In this document: positions 39,686 through 48,246 of the stretch, piece by piece
Numbering within the stretch: position 1 is the stretch's first letter
Layout: each line of letters opens with the position of its first letter
Assembly (NCBI GenBank): GCA_964535655.1
Contig: CAZHTP010000001.1
Coordinates: 31,515 to 95,514 of the forward strand
DNA: 64,000 bases
Direction: 5' to 3'
DNA from: an uncultured Gammaproteobacteria bacterium
Lineage (GTDB): Bacteria; Patescibacteriota; Microgenomatia; JALYQM01
Position numbers and translations under genes: made by a program
The notes under the pieces: generated by a model
Told to the model about the DNA's origin: nothing
Databases searched by the model: none
Seen by the model: the letters and a program-made list of their open reading frames with translations, nothing else

Positions 39686-41125
39686 ATGGCATCGGGGATT
39701 AGTGTTCCAAACTATATCATTTACATTCTAAAAGCGCTTTCAGAGGCAGGATTTGAAGGCTATATTGTGGGAGGTCCGGTTAGGGATATCCTAGTTGGCC
39801 GCGAGCCTAATGACTGGGATGTTACCACTAATGCAACTCCTGATGAGATTCAAAAAATCTTTCCCGAAAACTTTTATGATAATACGTTTGGTACGGTTGG
39901 TGTGGTACTTCGGGTAAAAGAGAATCAAGTGCTGTCGGAAAAAGATGATAGCGTTGATCCGATGGTTGTTCATGTAACTACGTTTCGCAGTGATGGGGAG
40001 TATTCTGATTTTCGTCGACCGGATTCAGTGGAGTGGGGCAAATCTATCGAAGATGATCTGCAACGACGCGACTTTACGATTAACGCTGTGGCTTTACGAA
40101 TTGAACAGGATATTTATTCTCAACTTCCATTACTTTGGGAAGAAACGTTCTCTAAACTATTTCCTGGTGATTTTGTTCTTATTGATCCGTATGGTGGTTT
40201 AGTCGATCTACAAAAAAAATTAATTCGTGCGGTAGGGAGTCCTGTTGAACGATTCCAGGAAGATGCGTTGCGCATGCTACGGGCGGTTCGATTTTCCTGT
40301 CAGTTAGGCTTTGAAATTGAAGGGGAAACTAAAAATGCCATCAGTACAAAATGTGAGAATTTAACTCATATTTCGGGCGAACGAATTCGCGATGAATTTT
40401 TTAAGATTTTATCTTCGGATCGTCCGTATGAAGGAGTTCAATTGCTAGATCAGCTAGGATTGCTGCAGTTTATTTTTCCTGAATTAGTTGCGGGTCGGGG
40501 AATGGATCAACGAGGGCATCATATTTACGATATTTTCGAACATAGTCTACATGCTCTCAAGTTTTGCCCTTCACCAGATCCGATTGTCCGGCTCGCCGCT
40601 CTTTTACATGATATTGGAAAAGTGCCTACGCATGAGGTTCGTGATGGAATAAACACGTTTTATAACCATGATATTGTTGGTGGAAAAATGGTGCGTGAAA
40701 TTGCGTATCGCTTGCATTTATCTAAAAAAGACCGGGAAAAATTATATACGCTAGTTCGATTCCATATGTTTAGTGTGGATACTATTCAAACTGATGCTGC
40801 AATTCGTCGATTTATAGTAAAAGTTGGTGCTGAAAATATTAATGATATGGTGGATTTGCGGATCGGTGATAGGCTAGGGAGTGGGACAAAAGATCCAGAA
40901 GGATGGAGACTTAAAGAGTTTAAAAAGCGCATTGAAACCTTGTTAATGCCAACATTTACAGTGAAAGATTTAGCCATTGATGGCCGTGATGTAATGCGAA
41001 TATTAAATATTTTGCCGGGTCCAAAGGTTGGCGAAATCTTGAATGCTTTGTTTGACGAAGTACTTGATGACCCTGAGAAGAATACTACGACATACTTAGA
41101 GAAAAGAGCTCTCTCTTTTATCTGA
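39686..41125 (+). CDS. cca: CCA-adding tRNA nucleotidyltransferase (class II, with HD domain)
   Basis: 'GYIVGGPVRDILVGREPNDWDVTT' is the NTase head. 'DALRMLRAVRFSCQLGFEIE' is present. HD motif 'HSLHALK...LLHDIGK'. Confidence 0.85.
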   Translation: MASGISVPNYIIYILKALSEAGFEGYIVGGPVRDILVGREPNDWDVTTNATPDEIQKIFPENFYDNTFGTVGVVLRVKENQVLSEKDDSVDPMVVHVTTFRSDGEYSDFRRPDSVEWGKSIEDDLQRRDFTINAVALRIEQDIYSQLPLLWEETFSKLFPGDFVLIDPYGGLVDLQKKLIRAVGSPVERFQEDALRMLRAVRFSCQLGFEIEGETKNAISTKCENLTHISGERIRDEFFKILSSDRPYEGVQLLDQLGLLQFIFPELVAGRGMDQRGHHIYDIFEHSLHALKFCPSPDPIVRLAALLHDIGKVPTHEVRDGINTFYNHDIVGGKMVREIAYRLHLSKKDREKLYTLVRFHMFSVDTIQTDAAIRRFIVKVGAENINDMVDLRIGDRLGSGTKDPEGWRLKEFKKRIETLLMPTFTVKDLAIDGRDVMRILNILPGPKVGEILNALFDEVLDDPEKNTTTYLEKRALSFI

Positions 41126-42896
41126 GTAATTTTTGCATGATTTCATTTACACCTGATATTACTTGTGGGTTTGACAATAAATCTAGATAATCTTGAAGTT
41201 GTTTTCGGTCAATTAACCCTGAATATACTTTTGGCCTTCTGATAAGATTAAGCAAGAACTGGACTTCGGCTTTAATTCTTTCCCACTCAACTTGAAGTGG
41301 AGTCATGGCAATAGTAGGCTTGTTGGTACCTAAAATTCTTCTATGTGCACCGCTTCGCATCAGTTCCCCAAATTGAGGGTCATTTAATGTTCTAATTCGC
41401 TGACTTTTATCGACCTGGAGAATGTCCATTAAGTACGCGATGTAATGATCGTTGAATAAGCGAGTTATCAGTGGCTCGTGGTCTCCGTTTTGGAATAGTT
41501 TACGGACATAATATCCTTCATGGAAGAATTCTTTATTGTATTTTGTGTTTAGGTGGTCCTTAACAGTTAACACTTGTACCTCTATTGATTTTCCATCAAT
41601 TATTAAATCAAATTGTATGACTTTGCGCTTGGAATTCGTAGCGCGGTTATGTGTATTCTCTGTATAACTGAAGAATATAGGTTCTCCTTCTTGTGGATCA
41701 GCCAAAAATCCCTCTTCGAATATGTTTTGTGTGTACCCGTGCTTGGAGTATGTAAATGAGTTATTTGACTTTCTTATACTGCTGACTAATTTGCTCATGA
41801 GGCTTGGAATGTCTGATTCATCTCTCACGATAAAACGTAATCCATTACTATCATCCGAAATTGCGCCGTTTTTGATTCCTCCTTTGGCGATGGCCCGAGG
41901 CATTTCTTTGTATCTACTGGTAACTTCCACCTGGATAATTTTTCCTTGAAAATTAACTTCACGGTAGGGCATTGCATGGCGCATTACAATGTGTCCTGGT
42001 TCTTGCGGTAGTGGCCCAGAGTCAGTCCAGTCAATGCATTCCCCTGAATGTAGGCTGTGCAGTGCATACACGTCTCTGTCGTGCAACTGGTCAGCTTTTG
42101 AATGGGTGTTTGGTCTGTGCCAAAATTCGGTGGCGTTTAGGATACCGTATAGCTCGTCCATGATTCCGTTTTGGTTTTCTGATGCGACAATTTCTCCAAT
42201 CCCGTGTAGTGTTGTGACAAATTTTGTTTGAGCTTCACTGCGCGCTTTATATGTAAGATCTTGATCAAAAGCAATTCGCAATATTTGTCGAATGCCTCGA
42301 GATGCTTTTACTTCTTGCTGCCACTCGAGCGCTGCATGCAGATCACTGATTATGTCAATTGAGTTGTTTACATGAGTTAGGGCCTTCAATTGATTTTTTC
42401 TTGGAGCGCCGCTGGTTCTTATGTAGTCTGTAAATCTTACTTTTATTCCCTCGATTATGAGTAGTAACCTGTTCCTTTCTTGTTCTGCTAATTCTTCGGC
42501 GTGTTGTGCTGCCACTTTTTGATACGTATCCGTATGAGCGCGGGAGGTAGATTGGGGTAACTTAAATCTTTCTATTAAGAAGTTAGCAACTCTTGCTTCT
42601 TGGGCGTCGATTTCTGATTTATCTGTAGTTTTAAGTGCTCTTTCAATTTCTTGTAATCCTATTGGTGATTCAGCATCGCCGGATGCTATATATCTTACGA
42701 TCTGCAGTAAGTCTTTTGCTGGTTCTTGTTCTGAATCTGGTGCTTCTTCTTGGAGTTGTCTATGCGTGTGGTCTGCTGTCTGCCTGCGTTGTGCTTCAAG
42801 TGCTTGAAAGGCGCCGTTATTGCCAATGAAGTTCCAGATATTAACGTCTGGATTAACTTGTTTTGGTAAAGATAATTTTTCAGTCATATATATCAC
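41118..42896 (-). CDS. protein with C-terminal RelA/SpoT-like nucleotidyltransferase (SYNTH-like) domain and a ~330-aa N-terminal region of unknown function
   Basis: The C-terminal half aligns by eye with synthetase motifs of the Rel in this window. 'RFIVRDESDIPSL' matches 'RIILQDESIENCY'. 'SKHGYTQNIF' matches 'KANGYRSLH'. 'SIEVQVLTVKDHLNTKYNKE' matches 'VMEVQIRTKIMHEQAEYG'. 'QGKIIQVEVTSRYKEM' matches 'EGRAKHMYSLWKKL'. The N-terminal half is unrecognised. Start is GTG at 42896 or ATG at 42887. Confidence 0.5.
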   Translation of the reverse strand: MIYMTEKLSLPKQVNPDVNIWNFIGNNGAFQALEAQRRQTADHTHRQLQEEAPDSEQEPAKDLLQIVRYIASGDAESPIGLQEIERALKTTDKSEIDAQEARVANFLIERFKLPQSTSRAHTDTYQKVAAQHAEELAEQERNRLLLIIEGIKVRFTDYIRTSGAPRKNQLKALTHVNNSIDIISDLHAALEWQQEVKASRGIRQILRIAFDQDLTYKARSEAQTKFVTTLHGIGEIVASENQNGIMDELYGILNATEFWHRPNTHSKADQLHDRDVYALHSLHSGECIDWTDSGPLPQEPGHIVMRHAMPYREVNFQGKIIQVEVTSRYKEMPRAIAKGGIKNGAISDDSNGLRFIVRDESDIPSLMSKLVSSIRKSNNSFTYSKHGYTQNIFEEGFLADPQEGEPIFFSYTENTHNRATNSKRKVIQFDLIIDGKSIEVQVLTVKDHLNTKYNKEFFHEGYYVRKLFQNGDHEPLITRLFNDHYIAYLMDILQVDKSQRIRTLNDPQFGELMRSGAHRRILGTNKPTIAMTPLQVEWERIKAEVQFLLNLIRRPKVYSGLIDRKQLQDYLDLLSNPQVISGVNEIMQKLLR

Positions 42897-42910
42897 TAAC
42901 CATTAACTGA

Positions 42911-42940
42911 AAGACCCCCTCTTTTGGAGGGGGTCTTTTT
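42911..42940. promoter_or_regulatory. perfect GC-rich hairpin flanked by A- and T-runs, in the shared upstream region of two divergent genes
   Basis: 'aagaccccctc-tttt-ggagggggtcttttt' forms a 9-10 bp G/C stem with a T-tract on the + strand. It lies ~20 nt upstream of the start of the minus-strand gene. Confidence 0.45.
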
Positions 42941-43259
42941 AAAATTTTTAATTTAAATGGCTTTCGATTACCCCCTCAACTTATTCGTGTACAAGAGGCC
43001 ACGAATAATGAACTCATTATTAAATGAGAGGTGTGCGTAATTGGAAAAACGTGTGCTTTTATTCATATAACAGACTATTTTTAACTTAATGCTATTGACT
43101 TGTCAAGTCTTAATTCGTTGGCGAGAAAGGTGTTAGCAGGTTTATAACTATTACTTAAATTAATACTTGGCAATAATTTAAACTTGATTTATAATTAAAG
43201 TTATAGGATATTGTACTAAATATTTCATTTTTGTCAAATCAATACTATAATCGTTTCTT

Positions 43260-45695
43260 ATGCTTACCGAGACTGGTGCTATCACTGATCGACCGAGTGG
43301 ATCGCTTACTGCAATTTTAAGGGGAACGTATTCTCGAGCAAAAGATATTCTTCAATATCAAAATACGCGGTTTAATAACGCAATCGAGCTTATAGGGCTA
43401 GATTATGAAGCGTTCAAAACTCGAAATAGATTGCGGTTTTTAGGTGATTACTTGCAAGCTGAAGATTATCCTCAACTAGCTGAAAAATATCGAATAGCTC
43501 CTGAATATGAATATATTCGTGTACTTCAGGAACGGGTGATGTACTACTACAAAGACCCTGATCATGTAAGTTTAATTTTGCGAGCAGCAGAATTTGGTGA
43601 AAATGAGAAGCGAAGAAATGAATCTAGTACCGGTAACGTAAAGAAGCGAGAATCGACTGGAAGAGATGCGTATGAACACCCGGTTGAAGTTGCAACCGTG
43701 GCGATGGATCACTTGTATGAGGAATTTGGTGTCTTACTTTCTCCGGATGTAATTGTGGCTATTCTTTTACACGATTCAATGGAGGATGACAATGTATCGT
43801 ACGAGAGCATTTGTAGTAATTTTGGAGTGCGGGTTGCAGATATTGTTTTTCGCATGACAAAAATTAAAGGTGATCAATTTGAAGGAATGGATCCGTTTGA
43901 GGCTGAGGCTCTTACGGTGGAACGATTGCTTAAATGTATGCAGCATGACCCGCATGGAGAGATGCCTCCTGACTTGGTTGTACTCCTTATAAAGTTTTTT
44001 GATCGAGAGGTTAATTCGCGAACGTTTAAAGAGATGAAGGATAAGAGAGATGCTTCAGGAAAAATAGTTGAGACAGCAGCCGATCGGCAAAGAAGAAAAG
44101 GGGAGGAGACTCTTCATATCTATTATACCCTAGCTGATTACTTCAGAATGTGGAAGTTACGAGATCAAATGGGTGACCGGTCTTTTGAATGTGTTGATCC
44201 GGAGGGGTACCGAAATGCTAAGCGTCTACAAGATTCAAATTCAGCTGATGTTTTGGCTATTGGAGAGAACATTGAAAAAATAATTGATCGGTATTCTGCA
44301 CGTGTACCATATGTTCGTGCTTATCAGGATCGGCATTTGCGTCGTATCCGTCGTGCTGGTGTACTTGATCATTTTGTACCAAAAGTTGCCGATATTCGGA
44401 CTCCTAGTGCTTATGAAATACATCAGCGAATTTTTGAGGAAGGAATGACTGCTGATGAGGCATTGCGTCCAACTATTTACATTGATGCACAGAATCACAA
44501 CCAAAGAGGTAAATTATTTGAGACGTTGTTACGATTCAATCCTTATTCAGGACAAGTAAATTATGAGACAGCTCAAGAAGATGCTGTTGTTGTAGCTAAT
44601 CAGGATCAGCTTACCATTCGTAACTTTAACTTAACACCAGACCAACGTGTTACTATCGTTTTACGTAATGCAGAAACAAGCTGGGTAACCAATATGCCTC
44701 TCGCTCTCAGAGTACAATTTCCTCCGACTGCCGACAGCGTTTTAGCGGAACGAATTACCTATTCTCATTTTTCAAGCCACTTTACGCCGAGAATTGGTGA
44801 GGGAGTTGTTGATAGAATTGATGTCTTTTTAGATGAAATACGTAAAAAAGATTTGACGTACGTATATGTCGTAAATGGATATAAGAAGGATCATTTAAAT
44901 TTTGCGGAACGTGTACTACTTAAAGAAGGCGCAACAGTGCTCGATTATTTATGTCGAAAATATAGTTTAGAAGAAATAGAATCTTTCTCAGAAATCTATA
45001 TTTTTGATCCTTTGACTGGTAAGAAAAATCTTATTAATGATCGATTAGGTGATGTCTTACCACGAGGTTGTTATGTTCTGCTATCTAAAAATAAGCGTAA
45101 AGTATTTCATTACAAACCGAATCCTCGGGACTTGTTTTGTCAAAAAACTGATCCAGCATTGGATTTTATACTGCGAAGGATGTCGGAGCATGTTGCCATT
45201 GATGAAAATTATCTCCTTCATGTTGAGGATTCACTTATTGAAAGAGGCAAGGGTATCTTTTCAGATGCTTTATTTGACGAAGTAGAAGGGCCTGATGTTC
45301 AAAACCCTGAATTTTATGTCGATGAGCTGTTTGATTTCTTTTCAAATGTCTATGGTAGTGAATTTAAGGTAAAGGTATTTAATTTAGCGCTTTCCTATGA
45401 TACCAAAGAGAGAGAGCATTTCTTAAGTGAAGTTATGACATTTATTAATCAACGCAGTATCAACCTGGCGTTATATCCTGGGAGCTCAGGATGTTACACC
45501 GCAGAGCTGAGTGACTTTAAATTGCTCGCACTTCGTGAATATGTTGAAAGCGTTGGTGGAGTTATGCCGTTTGAAAAGACGGTAAGTGCAAATGGTTCTT
45601 TGCGGGTAATTTTACGTGGATACTTAGCTATCAGAGAAGCCTCAGATCTTCCAGATATTGTCCAAGAATTATCTAAGTACATCAAAACTATATAA
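43260..45695 (+). CDS. protein with RelA/SpoT-type HD (ppGpp-hydrolase-like) domain and long uncharacterised C-terminal region
   Basis: 'YEHPVEVATVAMDHLYEEFGVLLSPDVIVAILLHDSMEDD' (HD motif) and 'ETLHIYYTLADYFRMWKLRDQMGDRSF' align with Rel 'HPAAVALIVAEMGLDDASIIAALLHDVVEDT' and 'ETLEIYAPLASRLGMGQIRGELEDLAF'. No synthetase motifs follow. About 450 aa of unknown sequence lie C-terminal. Confidence 0.6.
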   Translation: MLTETGAITDRPSGSLTAILRGTYSRAKDILQYQNTRFNNAIELIGLDYEAFKTRNRLRFLGDYLQAEDYPQLAEKYRIAPEYEYIRVLQERVMYYYKDPDHVSLILRAAEFGENEKRRNESSTGNVKKRESTGRDAYEHPVEVATVAMDHLYEEFGVLLSPDVIVAILLHDSMEDDNVSYESICSNFGVRVADIVFRMTKIKGDQFEGMDPFEAEALTVERLLKCMQHDPHGEMPPDLVVLLIKFFDREVNSRTFKEMKDKRDASGKIVETAADRQRRKGEETLHIYYTLADYFRMWKLRDQMGDRSFECVDPEGYRNAKRLQDSNSADVLAIGENIEKIIDRYSARVPYVRAYQDRHLRRIRRAGVLDHFVPKVADIRTPSAYEIHQRIFEEGMTADEALRPTIYIDAQNHNQRGKLFETLLRFNPYSGQVNYETAQEDAVVVANQDQLTIRNFNLTPDQRVTIVLRNAETSWVTNMPLALRVQFPPTADSVLAERITYSHFSSHFTPRIGEGVVDRIDVFLDEIRKKDLTYVYVVNGYKKDHLNFAERVLLKEGATVLDYLCRKYSLEEIESFSEIYIFDPLTGKKNLINDRLGDVLPRGCYVLLSKNKRKVFHYKPNPRDLFCQKTDPALDFILRRMSEHVAIDENYLLHVEDSLIERGKGIFSDALFDEVEGPDVQNPEFYVDELFDFFSNVYGSEFKVKVFNLALSYDTKEREHFLSEVMTFINQRSINLALYPGSSGCYTAELSDFKLLALREYVESVGGVMPFEKTVSANGSLRVILRGYLAIREASDLPDIVQELSKYIKTI

Positions 45696-45714
45696 TTGTA
45701 CAAAATCGAGTTTA

Positions 45715-45905
45715 TGATATACTAAGCACAAAGCAATGATCCTGTGACGCAGGAGAGCTGAAAGAAGAACAGTCATTTTATGACCCATTAGAACTTTCCG
45801 GGTTTGCCCGTTATCGCTACAATGAGTATAAAGTAAGGTGGCACCACGCCCAATAAGCGTCCTTGCAGAATTATTATTAGAAATAATTTGCAGGGATTTT
45901 TTAGT
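45715..45905 (+). promoter_or_regulatory. candidate T-box riboswitch leader with terminator upstream of aspS
   Basis: T-box-like 'AAGUAAGGUGGCACCACGCC' (45830-45849; compare the consensus AAUUAGGGUGGNACCGCG). It is followed by hairpin 'ccttgcagaatt...aatttgcaggg' and a T-run at 45897-45902. An 'AGAGA'-type motif sits in the upstream stem ('gcaggagagctgaaagaagaacag'). The -35/-10-like 'ttgtac...gatatact' lies at ~45697-45725. Confidence 0.45.
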
Positions 45906-45920
45906 ATTTAGGAGGTTTAT

Positions 45921-47249
45921 ATGCAGAGAACATTAGTCCGGGAAACTCCTACCAAAGTAGGGGAAAAAGTAGTTGTTAAAGGTTGGGTCGATATTAAACG
46001 TGATCACGGCAAGCTTACTTTTATTGATTTGCGAGATCGCAGTGGTCGGGTGCAGCTGGTGGGATATCAGAAAATGTCGGAGCTTGGTAAAGAAGATGTT
46101 ATCGAAGTTACTGGGACTGTTAAAGAGCGTTCAGCTAAGTCGGTTAATGAAAATCTGGAGACAGGGAAGATCGAAATTGATGTTGAGGAATACAACGTAT
46201 TAGCCAAATCAGCAACCCTTCCGTTTGATATGACAAAAGAGGTATTGGACGTGGAACTCCCAACTTTACTTGATCACCGAGCGTTAACTCTTCGGCACCC
46301 TCGTGTTCAGGCAATTTTTAAAGTCCAAGAAGTTGTTATTGATGCGTTTCGTGAGTACATGAAACAGCATGAGTTTTTTGAATTTCAAGCACCGGCAATT
46401 GCGCCAGCAACAGCTGAGGGTGGGGCTGAAGTTTTTGAAGTAAATTATTTTGATAAAAAGGCATATTTAACTCAAAGTCCACAATTATATAAACAAATTG
46501 TAATGACTGCGTTTGAGCGAGTGTTTTCGGTCAATAAAGTATTTCGTGCTGAGCCTTCAGTTACAACACGGCATCTTACGGAAATCGTTTCGCTTGATGC
46601 TGAAATGGGATTTATTGATTCGTGGCTAGATGTACGGGATATGGCCGATGGAGTGGTTAAATATATTTTGCAGCAAGTTAAAGAGAAATGCTCAAAAGAA
46701 GTTGCGCTCTTTGGTATAGACATTCCGGCTACAATTGATAAAACACCGACCATGAGTTTGCGAGAAGCACAAGAGAAAATATTTCAAAAGAACGGACGCG
46801 ATGTGCGGGGAGAGAAAGATTTGAATCCGGAAGACGAGCGAGAGTTGTGCCAGATTATTAAGGAAGAAACTGGTTCTGATCTTGTGTTTGTGTATGGTTA
46901 TCCAACCAAGAAAAAACCGTTTTACGTATACCCTAATCCGGAGGATCCGGAATTTAACGAAGGAATGGATTTACTCTGTCGTGGTGTTGAGTGGTTGTCG
47001 GGAGGACGTCGTGTTAATGATTATGATCAATTGATGCGCCATGTTGAAGAGTGGAAAATGGATCCGGATACGGTCCGCATGTTTCTTGATGCCTTTAAGT
47101 ATGGAGCACCTCCTGAAGGTGGATTTGCCTTTGGAGCAGAACGCATAACAAAACAGATTCTTGGGCTTGAGAACATTCGAGAAGCGGCAATGTTCCCGCG
47201 TGATATGGAACGGATTGATTTCCGGCTGTCACATACAAAAGAAGATTGA
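45921..47249 (+). CDS. aspS: aspartate--tRNA ligase, archaeal/type-2 class IIb (could alternatively be AsnRS)
   Basis: N-terminal OB fold 'VVVKGWVDIKRDHGKLTFIDLRDRSGRVQLV'. Class II motif 2 'FRAEPSVTTRHLTEIVSLDAEM'. Motif 3 'GAPPEGGFAFGAERI'. At 442 aa it fits the short AspRS/AsnRS type. Confidence 0.75.
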   Translation: MQRTLVRETPTKVGEKVVVKGWVDIKRDHGKLTFIDLRDRSGRVQLVGYQKMSELGKEDVIEVTGTVKERSAKSVNENLETGKIEIDVEEYNVLAKSATLPFDMTKEVLDVELPTLLDHRALTLRHPRVQAIFKVQEVVIDAFREYMKQHEFFEFQAPAIAPATAEGGAEVFEVNYFDKKAYLTQSPQLYKQIVMTAFERVFSVNKVFRAEPSVTTRHLTEIVSLDAEMGFIDSWLDVRDMADGVVKYILQQVKEKCSKEVALFGIDIPATIDKTPTMSLREAQEKIFQKNGRDVRGEKDLNPEDERELCQIIKEETGSDLVFVYGYPTKKKPFYVYPNPEDPEFNEGMDLLCRGVEWLSGGRRVNDYDQLMRHVEEWKMDPDTVRMFLDAFKYGAPPEGGFAFGAERITKQILGLENIREAAMFPRDMERIDFRLSHTKED

Positions 47250-47269
47250 TAGGATATTTTGATCACTTG

Positions 47270-47299
47270 AAGGACGGGATGTATTCCCGTCCTTTTTTA
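47270..47299 (+). terminator. rho-independent terminator after aspS
   Basis: Hairpin 'ggacggga-tgtat-tcccgtcc' followed by ttttttat. Confidence 0.6.
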
Positions 47300-47318
47300 T
47301 TGGTATAATTCATATATT

Positions 47319-48245
47319 ATGCGTGTTCTTGCTAATCCTTCATTCTATTTTTTACTACTTTTACTTGTAGTTTTTACACAAGTGCCTGGGTATTCTTATT
47401 ATCGCAATTTAGATTATTCTCAATTGCGGGCAGCGTATCGGCCTTTACCGCAGTGGTTTACCGATGTTCCTGTAGCTCTATATCCCGAAAAAACCGGAGT
47501 TGAAAATTTTCCGAGCCTAAGTGCTGAAGGAATATTTATTATTGATGTAGATTCAGCTGTTCCGATTTACCAAAAAAATGCTCATCAGGAATTATTCCCT
47601 GCTTCTACAACTAAAATCATGACGGCGCTAATTGCGCTTGAAGAATATCGGCTGGATGATGTTATTGAAGTTCCTGAGGCGAGTTTTTCCGGCTCCTTAA
47701 TGCGACTTGTTTTTAAAGAGCGCATAACGGTACGAAATCTTTTAAATGGGCTTCTTATCAATTCAGGTAATGATGCCGCGGATACTTTTGCTTTAACCTA
47801 TCCGGGAGGATACCCCGCATTTATTGATCGGATGAATTCGCGGGCTACTGAGTTGGGTCTGCGAAATACTCACTTTGTTAATCCTTCAGGGCTTCCTGAC
47901 ACAAATCATACAATGTCAGCCTGGGATTTAGGTCAACTGGCCGTTTATGCTTTGCATAATGAAACATTTAAATCCATAGTGAGCACTAAAGAAAAGACCA
48001 TTTATGGATTAACTGGTGAGAGGCATGTTTTAAAATCGACTAACAAATTGCTTGGTGACGTTCCTGGTTTGGATGGGGTTAAAACAGGATATACTGAGGA
48101 CGCTGGTGAAGTGCTTGTATCTACTGTGCAACGTAATGGTCATCGCATCTTAGTGGTGCTCCTTAAGAGTGCAGATAGATTTGGCGAAACTAAATCTGTC
48201 GTTGAGTGGATATACAGAAACTACGAATGGAAGAAAATAGAATAG
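47319..48245 (+). CDS. D-alanyl-D-alanine carboxypeptidase (S11 peptidase, PBP5/6-like)
   Basis: Signal peptide. SxxK 'ASTTKIMTAL', SxN 'LINSGNDAAD', KTG 'GVKTGYTEDAG'. Confidence 0.8.
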   Translation: MRVLANPSFYFLLLLLVVFTQVPGYSYYRNLDYSQLRAAYRPLPQWFTDVPVALYPEKTGVENFPSLSAEGIFIIDVDSAVPIYQKNAHQELFPASTTKIMTALIALEEYRLDDVIEVPEASFSGSLMRLVFKERITVRNLLNGLLINSGNDAADTFALTYPGGYPAFIDRMNSRATELGLRNTHFVNPSGLPDTNHTMSAWDLGQLAVYALHNETFKSIVSTKEKTIYGLTGERHVLKSTNKLLGDVPGLDGVKTGYTEDAGEVLVSTVQRNGHRILVVLLKSADRFGETKSVVEWIYRNYEWKKIE

Positions 48246-48246
48246 T

